Shown here: positions 51,411 to 62,436 of the stretch, piece by piece
How the letters are laid out: every line of letters starts with the position of its first letter
Position numbering within the stretch: position 1 is the stretch's first letter
DNA from: a plasmid
Reading direction: 5' to 3' (one strand)
Sequence record: NZ_CP145916.1
DNA: 64,000 nt
Made by a program: the position numbers and the translations under genes
Notes under the pieces: model-generated
Told to the model about the DNA's origin: nothing
Database searches by the model: none
What the model saw: only the letters and a program-made list of their open reading frames with translations

Positions 51411-54089
51411 ATGTTCAATAGATTAAAGACGTTGTTTTCAGGTAAGAGAACACCGAAACCAACTGTTAACCAGATTATCATGCCCGCAGAGGTGGTCGAA
51501 GCGCTTACCGGAAGTGGTGACATCCTTCGCTACCCACCAGCTGAATTGGGTTTTCCGGCTCAAGTTCCGGGCTTTGCATTGCTGTCTTTGCAGGAAGAAA
51601 TCATTTCCAAAATAAAACGTGAATTGATGATCCGTGACGCAGAATATGATGAATACATTCAGCCGATGCTGACGAACTTCGCCAACTTTGTTCACCTGTT
51701 ACCTGCGTCTGAATTTCACCATCATCGTGCTCAAGGCGGGCTACTACGTCATACGCTTGAGGTGGTGCTTTATTCAATAAAAATCGCGAAAAGCTTCGAG
51801 TTTGATGCAAACGAGTCACCTGTTATCAAATCTGACAGGGCTTTAGCATGGCGTATTGCTGTTGTCGTGGGCGCGGTCATGCACGACATCGGCAAACCTA
51901 TCTCTGATGTCGATGTATGGGATAAATCCGGGGAAAAACACTGGATGCCTGCGGTTCATTGCCTCCATGAATGGGCCGAAACTGAAAAGATTGAGCGGTA
52001 CTTTATTTTCTGGAGATCGGATAGGCATGAGCGTCATCACAATACCAGCCTAACCAAAATGACTGACATTGTACCTAAATCGCTTTTGGCGTTCTTAATG
52101 CAGGAAGGGAACGACATTTATAACGAGCTCACCGAAGCACTCGCAGGCAGTAACTCGTTTCGCGCCGTAACTTCTCGCAATGAAACTGGGACAGTCTTCA
52201 AAAATAAAATCCATAAAATTGTTGCTCACGCAGACAGCCGCTCGGTTAAGCAAGACCTCCAGCGTTATTCCGGGGATGCCGTGCGTGCGTCTCAAACTGG
52301 TGTGCCGGTCATTGCCCGTATTGTCGATGCCATGCGTCTTCTGATCAAAAAGGAAGAGTGGAAACCCAATCAGGCAGGATCACCTCTCTGGGTGACTACG
52401 GAAGGGGTATTTATCGTCTGGGGAACTGCTGTTACTCCTATCATCAGTATAGTGAAAGAGTCTGGTATTAACGTACCACACTCAGCCGATAGCCTTGCCG
52501 ATATCATGCTGAACTATGGCCTCTGCGTGCTCAATTCCAATGACTCTGTTTACTGGCGTTTAGCGCCCCATATCCTTAACGATAAGATATCTCGCCAAAA
52601 CAAAGAACCGAAAAACGCCCTCAGCTGCATAAAGCTGGTTGACCCGGTTGTACTCTTTACTGATGACGTTATGCCTAACCCGACATCCTGCCGGATAAAA
52701 CTTGCGGATGGTTGGAAAGAATTTACCGGTGCGGGCTTAACCAAACAAAAGTCACAGCCAAGTCGCCCTTATGTTGGCGAAAAGCCTCCTGAGCGCGTGC
52801 TGAATGTTGACCCTGACATATTGAAGGGTGGTTCCCTGCCCCCTACTGATGACCTACCTCCTGATGGAACCGTTGTTAAACGCGGGACAGTGATTGAGCA
52901 AAAAAATATCGTCGATCATATGCTGCGTATGAACCTCCTTTCGCCAGAAAATGCAGCTGCAATCAAGTCCCGGAATGAAAACGAGGCAAAGGCTAAGGCC
53001 GAGTCTCAGGACGTTGAGGCAAGCCCAAAACCAGCAGAAACATCGGTTCCGGCTCCAGCCAAAGGAAAAGCAGAAGCAGAACTTTCAGATAAAAAGTCTC
53101 GCTCTCAAAATAAAAAGTCTGAAAAAGCAGCCTCTCCCGTCGCTGAAAAAGCTGTTCCTGAACAAACTGAGGATCAGGGTGAACTCTTCGGAATTGACAA
53201 CAGATACAACGACTACCCTCACGTCGATACTGATGAAGAGAATGATACCTATGACCTTATGGAACAGTACAACAACCAGACTCAGGAAGAACCACCTCTG
53301 ACCCTGCAAGAGAGAATGGCGCGTGCGGCCATCCAGAAACAATACGAGCAGGATGAAAGGAACATTAATCAGGATGGTGCCCCAAAAGAAAGTAGCTGGG
53401 AAAAAGCACGCGCCAAAATCCGGCAAGCTCAGGACATTACAGACGGTCATGCAGTTACGTCAGACACGTATCCACATACAGAATCAGCCGATGTTTCAGC
53501 CTTTATTGACGATGACCATCACTTCTCTGCCATGTTTAACGATGGCCCAGATGAAGCAAAACAGATCCTCAAAAGGCTGGTGAAAGAGCGAGCGGGTGAA
53601 CTCTTTGCTGATAATTATCATTTATTTGTTCACAAACAAAATGAACAAGACGAGCACGATTATACCGTTTTGGTTAATGCTGGTTGGGTATGGAAACCGT
53701 TTCTTGAGCCAATGGATAATTTCCAACTCTATAAATCAAAGCCGGGGTTTCTACTGAGACGCGGACTAAATGAGGACATTGATTATTTATCAGGCGGTAC
53801 ATACCTGAAAAGTATCTACCCTGTAGATCCAAATAAAAGTTATTGCACTGATAGCGCCTTATATCGCGCCATCGCTTCCTACGGTCTGCTTAAACAAACC
53901 TTTGATAATAAAGATGTGATTGCAATTAGCGGTTCAGCTATCAGAAACATGGCAAAGTCCCTGCGGATAGACACAGTAACTGTTCGCTTCCTGATTTGTT
54001 ACAACTTTGATTCAGTGAGCAAGCGTGGATCAGAGCATGTATTAGTGGATGAAAATATTAAACCTTACATGGTGGATTCTCATGAGTGA
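51411..54089 (+). CDS. traI: MOB_H-family conjugative relaxase TraI (HD-hydrolase type)
   Basis: EFHHHRAQGGLLRHTLEV and AVMHDIGKP (HD domain / 3H motif) in N-terminal third, long low-complexity middle, ~890 aa; followed by overlapping traD. Confidence 0.75.
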   Translation: MFNRLKTLFSGKRTPKPTVNQIIMPAEVVEALTGSGDILRYPPAELGFPAQVPGFALLSLQEEIISKIKRELMIRDAEYDEYIQPMLTNFANFVHLLPASEFHHHRAQGGLLRHTLEVVLYSIKIAKSFEFDANESPVIKSDRALAWRIAVVVGAVMHDIGKPISDVDVWDKSGEKHWMPAVHCLHEWAETEKIERYFIFWRSDRHERHHNTSLTKMTDIVPKSLLAFLMQEGNDIYNELTEALAGSNSFRAVTSRNETGTVFKNKIHKIVAHADSRSVKQDLQRYSGDAVRASQTGVPVIARIVDAMRLLIKKEEWKPNQAGSPLWVTTEGVFIVWGTAVTPIISIVKESGINVPHSADSLADIMLNYGLCVLNSNDSVYWRLAPHILNDKISRQNKEPKNALSCIKLVDPVVLFTDDVMPNPTSCRIKLADGWKEFTGAGLTKQKSQPSRPYVGEKPPERVLNVDPDILKGGSLPPTDDLPPDGTVVKRGTVIEQKNIVDHMLRMNLLSPENAAAIKSRNENEAKAKAESQDVEASPKPAETSVPAPAKGKAEAELSDKKSRSQNKKSEKAASPVAEKAVPEQTEDQGELFGIDNRYNDYPHVDTDEENDTYDLMEQYNNQTQEEPPLTLQERMARAAIQKQYEQDERNINQDGAPKESSWEKARAKIRQAQDITDGHAVTSDTYPHTESADVSAFIDDDHHFSAMFNDGPDEAKQILKRLVKERAGELFADNYHLFVHKQNEQDEHDYTVLVNAGWVWKPFLEPMDNFQLYKSKPGFLLRRGLNEDIDYLSGGTYLKSIYPVDPNKSYCTDSALYRAIASYGLLKQTFDNKDVIAISGSAIRNMAKSLRIDTVTVRFLICYNFDSVSKRGSEHVLVDENIKPYMVDSHE

Positions 54090-56049
54090 GTGGAAATACA
54101 ACATGCCTTGGCGTCCTAACTACGAGGCATTTGAAGTCGCCGGTTGGTCTGCTGGTATAGCAAGTTCCTTGGCGGTAAATGCCTTTTTTGATATGCCATC
54201 TCTCCCCTGCTATATGGCCGTTGCAGTCCAAGCCGCTTATGGTATTCGTGCTTTGCCGGATGCCTATTACGTGTATAAGCACAAACGTCGCTTAGCGAAG
54301 AAGCCAGATGTATTAATCATGAGAATTGAGCAAATCATTGATGCAATGATTAAGTATCCAGATTGCTATATTTTCGGTAAGGGTTTTCAGTGGGGGCAGA
54401 ATGAAGGGCAATCTGCATTTGAACTATTAAAGCGTGATATCAAGAAACTGACAGCCAAGACCGATGATGACTTTATGGGCCTGGGCTGGATTCATCAAGT
54501 CGGCTCTGACAATGATTATGTCCGTACCGTTGAAAACTTATTATCACTGCACACACTGATAACCGGAACAACGGGTTCAGGTAAAACAACGTATTATAAA
54601 CTCATCATTCTCCAAGCTGCATTGAAGAGACAGCCACTCGTTATGGTTGACCCAAAAAATGATGAAGCCTTAGCTCAATGGATGGAAATGTGTTTGTCGT
54701 TCGTTAACCGTGCGGAAAAGCTAAACTATTTTTCACTGGCCCATCCTGAGAAATCAGTGCGCATCTCACCTATCACCAACTTCACTCGATCCGGCGAGGT
54801 CGCGAACCGTATCATCTCCGTTATTCAACGCGGTGACTCGACCAGTGACCCATTTATTTCATTCGCCACCATGTCTTTAACCAGCATTCTCGAAATGATG
54901 AAGATGTGCGAAATCAAGCCAACGCTAAAAAGCCTCAAAACACAATTAGGCTCAAACATTACGGCGCTGGCGGAGCTCGTTACTCAGGCCATCACAAAGG
55001 TAGGCCGCGAAGTTCTTCCTCATGGCATGTTTGATAGCGTGCTGGCCGGAAAGAAAAGCCGTATGAGCGGGAAGGTTGTTGACTCCGTTTCTATTGCAAA
55101 ACTGTGTGCTGAAATCTACATGGATGATATCCGGCACAACAAAGCGTTCCCGGACATTGAAGCGGGTATTGATACCCTGAGTCATAACCGCGAACACTTC
55201 CAGAAGATGATCCTGAACGTCATGCCCATCCTGTCCCAGTTAACAACTGGTTTTATGGGCGATTTACTGTCTCCTGATACCTTCGACCCTGATCAGATGG
55301 AAGATGACCGACCTATCGCCAATGTGCGCGAAATTATCAGCACCAACGGCATGTTATATCTTGGCCTTGACGCCCTTGCTGACGGTGACACTGCTGCGGC
55401 GGTGGGCTCAATTTTCCTGTCAGATATCACCAGCGTGGCATCCGAAATATATAACTTTATGCAGCCACGAGGCGAAGATATTGCTAACGTCATCATCCTG
55501 ATCGATGAGGCCGCTGAGGTCATTAATGATCAGGTCATCAAGATGCTGAACAAATCGCGTGGCGCTGGGTTCTGTATGTTCATCGCTTCACAGGGTACGT
55601 CTGACTTTGAGGCCCGTTTAGGCTCTGAGGCAAAGATGGAACAAATCATCGTCAATACCAACCACTTTACTGCATTGCGAACTCCAGCCCCCAAAGCACA
55701 AAAGGCAATCATGGAGCGCGTCCCACTGACTAAATTCAAATACATCATGCGCGGCCACGGCTCTAGTTCAGGTACTGACCCTGAGCAAATCACGGGCAGT
55801 ATCGGTGAGCGCCTGATGGAAGAAGAAAGCGAAATGTTCCCCGCCCCGCTTTTAGGATGGCTTCCAAACCTCGAGTTTTTCGCTCTCAATCAGGCGAAAG
55901 TGATTATTAAGGGAAAAGTACCGATTTTAACCAAGCCAAAAGATGAGAACGAAATAAAAAGAATAAAGGCTAAAGCAGCGAAATTTCAGGCTGTTTACGA
56001 GAAAAAAGTCCGTGGCGAAAAAGTTCGCTCAAAATTAGCAAACGCGTAA
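54082..56049 (+). CDS. traD: type IV coupling protein TraD
   Basis: N-terminal TM pair, Walker A ITGTTGSGKT, Walker B-like VIILIDEAAE; start overlaps traI stop. Confidence 0.8.
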   Translation: MSEWKYNMPWRPNYEAFEVAGWSAGIASSLAVNAFFDMPSLPCYMAVAVQAAYGIRALPDAYYVYKHKRRLAKKPDVLIMRIEQIIDAMIKYPDCYIFGKGFQWGQNEGQSAFELLKRDIKKLTAKTDDDFMGLGWIHQVGSDNDYVRTVENLLSLHTLITGTTGSGKTTYYKLIILQAALKRQPLVMVDPKNDEALAQWMEMCLSFVNRAEKLNYFSLAHPEKSVRISPITNFTRSGEVANRIISVIQRGDSTSDPFISFATMSLTSILEMMKMCEIKPTLKSLKTQLGSNITALAELVTQAITKVGREVLPHGMFDSVLAGKKSRMSGKVVDSVSIAKLCAEIYMDDIRHNKAFPDIEAGIDTLSHNREHFQKMILNVMPILSQLTTGFMGDLLSPDTFDPDQMEDDRPIANVREIISTNGMLYLGLDALADGDTAAAVGSIFLSDITSVASEIYNFMQPRGEDIANVIILIDEAAEVINDQVIKMLNKSRGAGFCMFIASQGTSDFEARLGSEAKMEQIIVNTNHFTALRTPAPKAQKAIMERVPLTKFKYIMRGHGSSSGTDPEQITGSIGERLMEEESEMFPAPLLGWLPNLEFFALNQAKVIIKGKVPILTKPKDENEIKRIKAKAAKFQAVYEKKVRGEKVRSKLANA

Positions 56050-56061
56050 GGCGCAGATAAA

Positions 56062-56439
56062 ATGATCAAACTAAAAACACTTTTTCGCTCTAAAGACGAC
56101 GTTGCAGCTTATGAGGGGCTTGTGCTCATTTGGCCTTGCGCAGACAAAATATCTTCTCAATTAGCATCATTGCTAACGGAGAGCAAACATCAAGAAGGAT
56201 TACTCCACGTTGTTCAGAATGCAATTTCCGCGTACCACCAGCCATACCCATTCTATATGACCGATTGGGAGCGCCTTGCTGTTTACCTTATTGTGACAAT
56301 CAATTTCGTCACCGAATGTTTTGCAGGGAAAAAGTCGTTTCATGACATCGTTGAATCATGCTCAATGCCTCGAAGAATGACCTCTGCATTTATTGAGGAT
56401 ACCGCATTAAAACTGTCGATGGAGTTGGAACATGCTTGA
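56062..56439 (+). CDS. hypothetical protein
   Basis: 125-aa ORF between traD and traJ-like gene. Confidence 0.45.
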   Translation: MIKLKTLFRSKDDVAAYEGLVLIWPCADKISSQLASLLTESKHQEGLLHVVQNAISAYHQPYPFYMTDWERLAVYLIVTINFVTECFAGKKSFHDIVESCSMPRRMTSAFIEDTALKLSMELEHA

Positions 56440-57091
56440 TCAGTTAAAAGATGATAAGTGGCCTATATCCTTTAAGGGACTAATGATGTGGGCTACGGGG
56501 ATATGGCTTGTCGTTATGTTTTTTGTCCCTGCGTCTTTTGTCTACCAAAATATGACAAAGGAAATCGAGTGGGGCCAGAAGATGATTGGCACCACTGAAT
56601 TTCCTGATGTTATGAGAACGACCAATGCCCGGTACAAATATTTTTTCATTGATACTGGTATCGACTCAGCGTTGAAAAATTACTACAAGCCCATCAAAGC
56701 CAAAACCAATACAGGGGATGCGTTAAATAAAATCGGGGATATGGCTGTGCCTTTCTTCACTAACGGGGCAAAAGTGTTTAACTATCTTTTGTACATCATG
56801 ACGTACCGGTTAAGCCTCATTATGTATTGGATCCCCTTCCTTATCGTGGTAGGTGTCCCGTCTATTTTTGCCGGAACGATGAAATGGATGTCTAAGCGCT
56901 ATACGTTTGCGTATTCGTCTCCATTTTTTAACCGTCGAAGCCTAACGATGATCGGGTGGGGTATTTTTTCCATGCTACTTTCACTGTTCATTCCGTTCCC
57001 CATCCCACCGATGATAGGGGCTGTAGTGCTGATTGTTGCGATGCCAATCGCCTTTATCCTGCTTATCAGTAACCTGCCAAAACGCATCTAA
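56432..57091 (+). CDS. TraJ-like integral membrane protein (MOB_H-associated)
   Basis: 4-5 TM; position after traI-traD as in SXT/IncC-type elements (from memory). Confidence 0.4.
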   Translation: MLDQLKDDKWPISFKGLMMWATGIWLVVMFFVPASFVYQNMTKEIEWGQKMIGTTEFPDVMRTTNARYKYFFIDTGIDSALKNYYKPIKAKTNTGDALNKIGDMAVPFFTNGAKVFNYLLYIMTYRLSLIMYWIPFLIVVGVPSIFAGTMKWMSKRYTFAYSSPFFNRRSLTMIGWGIFSMLLSLFIPFPIPPMIGAVVLIVAMPIAFILLISNLPKRI

Positions 57092-57125
57092 ACTGCATCA
57101 AAAAAACACATTTTAAAAAAACAGA

Positions 57126-57158
57126 GAAAACAGGGCAAAACGTCCTGTTTTTTCTTAC
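57126..57158 (+). terminator. rho-independent terminator
   Basis: AACAGGgcaaaacgtCCTGTTttttct. Confidence 0.5.
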
Positions 57159-57203
57159 GGGAAAGCTTGTGTTGTTTGATAGATTACCCGCAAAGGGGGA
57201 TTT

Positions 57204-57494
57204 ATGTCTGAAACAAAAGCTTATCTGCTGTCTGCGGGTGTCAGCCTGACGTGTTCAATGCTGCTTTTTGCTGCCTTTTCATATTCAGATAATTCAAAGC
57301 AAATTCAGTCTCTGGCAGAGAAATCAAGACAACCTGTGTACTTGATAAATCAAGAAAAAATGAATAAAGAGATGGCCGTGATCATGCTTCCCATGCTGCA
57401 AAAACAGCATCAGGAAGAAGAAGCCAGAACCAAGATTAAGAAGCCTACAACGGTTTACGCGCCTGAACAGCTACAAAACTCAAGAGGCTATTAA
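57204..57494 (+). CDS. hypothetical membrane-anchored protein
   Basis: 96 aa. Confidence 0.4.
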   Translation: MSETKAYLLSAGVSLTCSMLLFAAFSYSDNSKQIQSLAEKSRQPVYLINQEKMNKEMAVIMLPMLQKQHQEEEARTKIKKPTTVYAPEQLQNSRGY

Positions 57495-58340
57495 ATGAGC
57501 AATAAAAAATCCATAAAAAATGCGGTCATTTTCGGTGTCCCGCTGGCTATTTTGATAGGGACTGCATCATATATCGCCTATAACGTCCACGAACAAGGCA
57601 AGGCGCTTAACGACGTTGCGTTTATGGTCGATAAAAATCAGTCTATTGTCACGAGCAGAGAGCAGTTGAACGAGCAGTTCCAAAACTATATTGCGGCTGG
57701 TGGCTTGAAGGTCGAGAGTGCTTCAACTCCCACCAACGGCGCATCATTAGGACGTGCGAAAAATACCTATGATTACGTTCCCTCCCCATCGGAAGAGCGT
57801 ATTTACGGCAACCCTGATGCTCAATTTTATATCATCGAATACTCAGATTATGAATGTCCTTACTGCAAAGAGCATTTCCCTCAGATGATGGATCTGGTCG
57901 ATTCATCATCCGGGAATATCGCAATGGTCTTTAAGCATGTACCCGTTCACGGACAAGCCTCTCAGGTAGAAGCACTTGCCGCTGAATGCGCAGCAGAGCA
58001 AAGCGGTAATCCGGGTTTTTACAAGTTATCCCGTGCCATTTTTGAAAGCTCTCAATCAGATGGCCGTGGTTTATCTACGCCGTTAGATATACTGGCAGAA
58101 CGCAACGGTTTCGATGCTAAACGACTTATTGAATGCGTCAATCAGGCTCGTCCAGCCAAAAAGATTGGCGCTGATATTAAAGAGGCGCAAGGGCTTAACA
58201 TTCAACAAACCCCGACCACTATCGTCGTACATGGTGATCAGTCTGCGATGGTGCAAGGCATGGTTAATGGTACTGGGCTTATGCAAATGATGGCTCAGCT
58301 CGCTGGGGGCGGTACAGCTGGGCAAGACCGTAGTAACTGA
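57495..58340 (+). CDS. membrane-anchored DsbA-family thioredoxin-fold protein (paralog of 49747-50655)
   Basis: YGNPDAQFYIIEYSDYECPYCKEHF ; same motif order as 49747-50655 product. Confidence 0.6.
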   Translation: MSNKKSIKNAVIFGVPLAILIGTASYIAYNVHEQGKALNDVAFMVDKNQSIVTSREQLNEQFQNYIAAGGLKVESASTPTNGASLGRAKNTYDYVPSPSEERIYGNPDAQFYIIEYSDYECPYCKEHFPQMMDLVDSSSGNIAMVFKHVPVHGQASQVEALAAECAAEQSGNPGFYKLSRAIFESSQSDGRGLSTPLDILAERNGFDAKRLIECVNQARPAKKIGADIKEAQGLNIQQTPTTIVVHGDQSAMVQGMVNGTGLMQMMAQLAGGGTAGQDRSN

Positions 58341-58396
58341 TGTGAATGCTTTCAAGCATTGAATTATGTGGTGTTCAATTAATTTTGGAGCAGTGA

Positions 58397-58681
58397 ATGG
58401 AACCAATCAAGATTTCACATTCTGTAGATGACCCTCAGAAGATATTTTTCTGGACTATCGACGAAGCTTTGCCTTTCTTCTTTTTCCTGATGCTTGGGAT
58501 CTTCACTGGCCGAATCCTGACGTTCGTCATTATCGGCATTGTGATTACCCGGTACTACGGTAGTTTTTTGCAGCGTGCATCTGAAAATTACTTTTTACAC
58601 CTGTGCTACTGGAACCTCGGCGTTTCTTTCGGAAAAAGCACGATTGTACCTAACTCTTTTGAACGGGAATTTGTTGTATGA
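58397..58681 (+). CDS. traL: F-type T4SS protein TraL
   Basis: 94 aa, ...QKIFFWTIDEALPFFFFLMLGIF... typical TraL; first of traLEKBV. Confidence 0.7.
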   Translation: MEPIKISHSVDDPQKIFFWTIDEALPFFFFLMLGIFTGRILTFVIIGIVITRYYGSFLQRASENYFLHLCYWNLGVSFGKSTIVPNSFEREFVV

Positions 58682-59295
58682 AAACACAGGCATTTAAAAA
58701 AGGTCTTCTACAGATGACCGCTGAGATTTCGACCCTGAAATGGGTCGTGTTAGGCTTATTGGGTGTGGTGGTAATTCTTTCGGCAACGCTTATGTCCCGT
58801 TCTCAGGTCGTCACTATCGTACCTCCGAACCTGACACAAACTGCGTGGCTGGATGAACATGCTGCTTCCGCGCCGTATATGAGCGCGTGGGCGGTTTATG
58901 TTGCTCAGTCTCTAGGTAATGCAAACCCTTCATCGGTCAACATGGTGAAAGAGTCTATTGGGCCGTTCCTTGATGCGAAGATTTACAACGAAATGATGAA
59001 GCGTATTGATGACCAGATTGATCAGATTAAACGCGACCGTATCAGTCTGTATTTTACGCCTAATCGTGTCATCACCGACCCTGCCGCTCCCGGAACCTTT
59101 TTTGTGGAAGGTAATCAGGGACTGGAAGGTATTACAGGTCAGCCCGTAGTTAAGCTAATGACTTTTCAGATTAATGTGGATATTAAGGGGTATCGTCCGG
59201 TCATCACTTACGTGAACATCAAGCAAGGAAAGGCTGTTTTGCCTTCCGAAGCGGCGAAACGCGGTGGTAAAGGCAATACCTCGGGGGAAAAATAA
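58678..59295 (+). CDS. traE: F-type T4SS protein TraE
   Basis: N-terminal TM, ~205 aa, order after traL. Confidence 0.7.
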   Translation: MKTQAFKKGLLQMTAEISTLKWVVLGLLGVVVILSATLMSRSQVVTIVPPNLTQTAWLDEHAASAPYMSAWAVYVAQSLGNANPSSVNMVKESIGPFLDAKIYNEMMKRIDDQIDQIKRDRISLYFTPNRVITDPAAPGTFFVEGNQGLEGITGQPVVKLMTFQINVDIKGYRPVITYVNIKQGKAVLPSEAAKRGGKGNTSGEK

Positions 59296-60461
59296 TGAAA
59301 TTACCAGTTAAGTCATCACTGGCTATGATCGTGTCTTTGGTCATTGCAGGCTCAGCCATAGCCGAAGATTTAAACGGTTTTGGCTTGCCTTTTGCTGATA
59401 ATTCTGTGGGGGAACAGCAAAGTGGTTCTGAGAAAACAACGCTCTCCATTGATGAGGGCATTGTTTTAGGTAACGCTCAACCAAGCAATAAGCCGGTTGT
59501 TGTGCCTGCCGGTAAACCTGTTGTTAGCAACGCTAATACCAATGCTGGCCGTGGCAATCATACTGCTACGGCTGGCGCGTCTCGTAACTCTAATCGCAGA
59601 GACAATCCGGCTGTTGATGGGGTTAATATTCAGGCTGTTCAAAACAAAATTGTTGAACCTATCAAACTCACCGATGATGTTATCCCGTCGCGTCAGGACA
59701 TCATTGTAGAGCCGGGAGTGAATACGTTAATCCCTATCTCAATGGGTCAAATTAACCGTATCGTTACTCCGTTTGAGCGCCCTACCATCCAGCGGTTGCA
59801 GCTCGATGATGTGAAGGTCAATGTCGAAGGCAACGCGGTTTATGTTTATACGCCAAACTCTCGTCCAGTCGCGCTGTACATCAGTGAGAAAGGCGATGAA
59901 AGCGTGTCTATCTCTGTCTCTCTTGTGCCTCAGCGTATCGCCCCGGTGCAAGCCACGCTGATGCTCTCTCGCAAATTAAACAATGCGGCTGTAGCTGGTG
60001 GCGGAGTGTCACCCATAATGTATGGCGGAAGCGAAGCGAAAGCTAAAAAATGGGAACAGAAGGATAGCTATGTAGAGACGGTCAGAAACATTCTCCGTAC
60101 CGTGGCGTTAGGTGACATCCCCCCCGGTTATGCACTGGGGAATCTCACCTCTTCCGTAAGTATCCCTAACTGTAATTTCAATACCGGCACTGTGCAGGAC
60201 TACATCCGCTACAACTTTAACGGCGGGCAGTACATTAATGGCAGTCAGTTCAGTGTCATTGTTGGTATTGCACAAAACACGGGCCCAACGACTGTTACCG
60301 TTGATGAATCACTCTGTACTCACCCACAAATGGCCGCTCGTGCATTGTGGAGCCGTAATACGCTTGCTCCGGGTCAAAAGACAGAAGCCTATTTTGTCCT
60401 GCGAAATGGTCAACAACAAGTACGTGTTGATGACGGTGCTCGTCCTAAGTTAGCGGAGTGA
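59295..60461 (+). CDS. traK: F-type T4SS protein TraK (secretin-like/VirB9-like)
   Basis: Signal peptide, 388 aa, ...GVNTLIPISMGQINRIVTPFE... order. Confidence 0.7.
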   Translation: MKLPVKSSLAMIVSLVIAGSAIAEDLNGFGLPFADNSVGEQQSGSEKTTLSIDEGIVLGNAQPSNKPVVVPAGKPVVSNANTNAGRGNHTATAGASRNSNRRDNPAVDGVNIQAVQNKIVEPIKLTDDVIPSRQDIIVEPGVNTLIPISMGQINRIVTPFERPTIQRLQLDDVKVNVEGNAVYVYTPNSRPVALYISEKGDESVSISVSLVPQRIAPVQATLMLSRKLNNAAVAGGGVSPIMYGGSEAKAKKWEQKDSYVETVRNILRTVALGDIPPGYALGNLTSSVSIPNCNFNTGTVQDYIRYNFNGGQYINGSQFSVIVGIAQNTGPTTVTVDESLCTHPQMAARALWSRNTLAPGQKTEAYFVLRNGQQQVRVDDGARPKLAE

Positions 60462-61816
60462 TATTCATGGAAAAATTAAAAGATCTTTGGGCTAATCTCG
60501 ACGCTAAAAAGAAACGCTATGCGCTTTGGGCTGGACTTGCAATCGTAATTATCCCGCTTCTACTTGTCATCATGCCTGAGAACAGCTCACCTCGTTCCAA
60601 GGCAACAAAGGAAAAGGTTATTCAGAACGTTTTGACTGACTCTGATACTACAGGGGTTAGCCAGAACGCAATTGCGGCACGACTTCGCTCTCTTGATGAG
60701 ACAATTAAGAGCACAAAGACAGCCGTCGATACGCTGAATAAAACGCTTGATCCCGACGCACTGAACAAGCGCCTTACCAATATTGAGAACGTACAAAAAA
60801 ATGAGGCAGCGGCAAGACAAACCCTCAATAATCGCATTGATACGCTGATTAAGAACCCGCCTGCCAGTTCGACTGGTGGCGCACTTAATCCAAAAAATGT
60901 TTTTGCTGCACCTCAAGATGGGCAATCAGGCGAAGCAGCTGAAAATCAACCTCAGAATGCAAGGGCTACAGCAAGCGGAACACTGCAAAGTGTTTATGAA
61001 AACGATATTGCGCCTGATCCGTCTGATTTTGACCATTCAGCTGATGCGTCTAAATCCAAGAATGAAGCTCCTGCGTCTGTGCCGAACATTGTCACCGTTC
61101 AGCAAGACATCAAAGAAGAGCATGATTCAGATGAAGATACTGGCCCTGAAACCTATCTCCCTGCCACCAGCATAATCTCTGGTGTATTTATCTCGGGGAT
61201 GGACGCACCAACAGCTCAGAATGCACGTAATGACCCGTACCCTGCCCTGATCCGTATTAAGAAAGATGCCATCCTGCCAAACCGTTTCCGTGTGGATATC
61301 AGAGAGTGCGGGATGCTGGCAGCAGGTTTTGGTGATCTGTCCTCTGAACGAGCTTACTTCCGCTCAGAAGTCATTACTTGTATCCGTGAAGACGGTGCCG
61401 TATTTGAGGCGTCTATTGATGCTTACGCAGTCGGAGAAGATGGTAAAGCTGGTGTACGTGGTCGTCTGGTGACGAAACAAGGCCAGTATTTAGCAAAAGC
61501 TTTAACAGCAGGATTCCTGCAAGCCGCCTCTCAGTTGTTTAGCGTGCAGTCTATACCAACGATTAACGTGAACCGTGACGGTAATTCGAGAGGTGGTAGT
61601 CCTTATGAGCAAGTAATGAGCAGTCAAGCCATGCAGGGTGCAGCCATTTCCGGCGTAGGTGGTGCGCTGAATCGTTTAGCAGATTTTTATATGAAAATGG
61701 CTACCGATCTGTTCCCTGTTATTGAAATCGACCCGGCCCGTAGCGTGGATTTTGTTGTGCAAAAAGGCGTGTCGTTGAAGTTTAATAAAGTTACAAGTGT
61801 TGGGGGTAATAAATGA
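60458..61816 (+). CDS. traB: F-type T4SS protein TraB (VirB10-like)
   Basis: N-terminal TM, Pro/Ala-rich linker, conserved C-terminal beta domain; 452 aa. Confidence 0.7.
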   Translation: MIFMEKLKDLWANLDAKKKRYALWAGLAIVIIPLLLVIMPENSSPRSKATKEKVIQNVLTDSDTTGVSQNAIAARLRSLDETIKSTKTAVDTLNKTLDPDALNKRLTNIENVQKNEAAARQTLNNRIDTLIKNPPASSTGGALNPKNVFAAPQDGQSGEAAENQPQNARATASGTLQSVYENDIAPDPSDFDHSADASKSKNEAPASVPNIVTVQQDIKEEHDSDEDTGPETYLPATSIISGVFISGMDAPTAQNARNDPYPALIRIKKDAILPNRFRVDIRECGMLAAGFGDLSSERAYFRSEVITCIREDGAVFEASIDAYAVGEDGKAGVRGRLVTKQGQYLAKALTAGFLQAASQLFSVQSIPTINVNRDGNSRGGSPYEQVMSSQAMQGAAISGVGGALNRLADFYMKMATDLFPVIEIDPARSVDFVVQKGVSLKFNKVTSVGGNK

Positions 61817-62403
61817 GCACTAAACGTATCATGTTAGCGCTACTGGGTGTCGCAAGTGCGGTGGCCCTTACGGGGTGTTCTTCGCTGGTGGGCGGGGAAT
61901 CTGAATATGGCTGTAAAGGTATGCCTGACGCTGTGACTTGTATGAGTATGGGCGAAGTCTACGAACTAACTGATGGCAGTAATTATAAAGAGCGTGTCAG
62001 TGAAGTTTCTCAGCAACAGCTGTCCGGGAAACAAGTAAACGTAAAGCAAGTAACTGCCGGTGGTAATGGTGCAGGCCCATCGGTAAGTGCTGGTGCGGCG
62101 TATGTGCCTGTTCCTGTTCCAGTGTCAAACCCACAACCTATTCGTACACCTTCACAAGTCATGCGTGTTTTGGTTGACTCGTATGAATCAGCTGATGGTG
62201 ACTTAAATGTACCGGGCTATGTCTATACTGAAATTGAACCTCGCCGCTGGGAAATTGGTGCAAGTCGAGGATCTACTGTACAACCTGTAATCAGGCCAAT
62301 GCAGGTTCCGGTTAGCGCCGAGCCTCTTCCTGAGACTGGAAAAGGCAATTCAAATGCGAATGCGTCTCGTACTCAAAGCACAAACAAACGCACTATGATG
62401 TAA
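61813..62403 (+). CDS. traV: F-type T4SS lipoprotein TraV
   Basis: Lipobox ALTGC, conserved Cys pair (CKGMPDAVTC). Confidence 0.7.
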   Translation: MSTKRIMLALLGVASAVALTGCSSLVGGESEYGCKGMPDAVTCMSMGEVYELTDGSNYKERVSEVSQQQLSGKQVNVKQVTAGGNGAGPSVSAGAAYVPVPVPVSNPQPIRTPSQVMRVLVDSYESADGDLNVPGYVYTEIEPRRWEIGASRGSTVQPVIRPMQVPVSAEPLPETGKGNSNANASRTQSTNKRTMM

Positions 62404-62436
62404 AAGTGTAAATCTTTCTGAAATAAAGTAAAAATA

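Noticed and set aside
52951-53583. Alternative-frame ORFs inside traI (52951-53301 +, 53085-53450 -)
   Set aside because: These are shadow frames across the low-complexity Lys/Glu/Ala-rich linker of TraI.
46920-57150. Recurring AAAACAGGRCAAAACG-like motif (46925, 47058, 57128)
   Set aside because: There are only three loose copies in AT-rich intergenic DNA, and one is part of a terminator hairpin. This is insufficient to call a regulator site.
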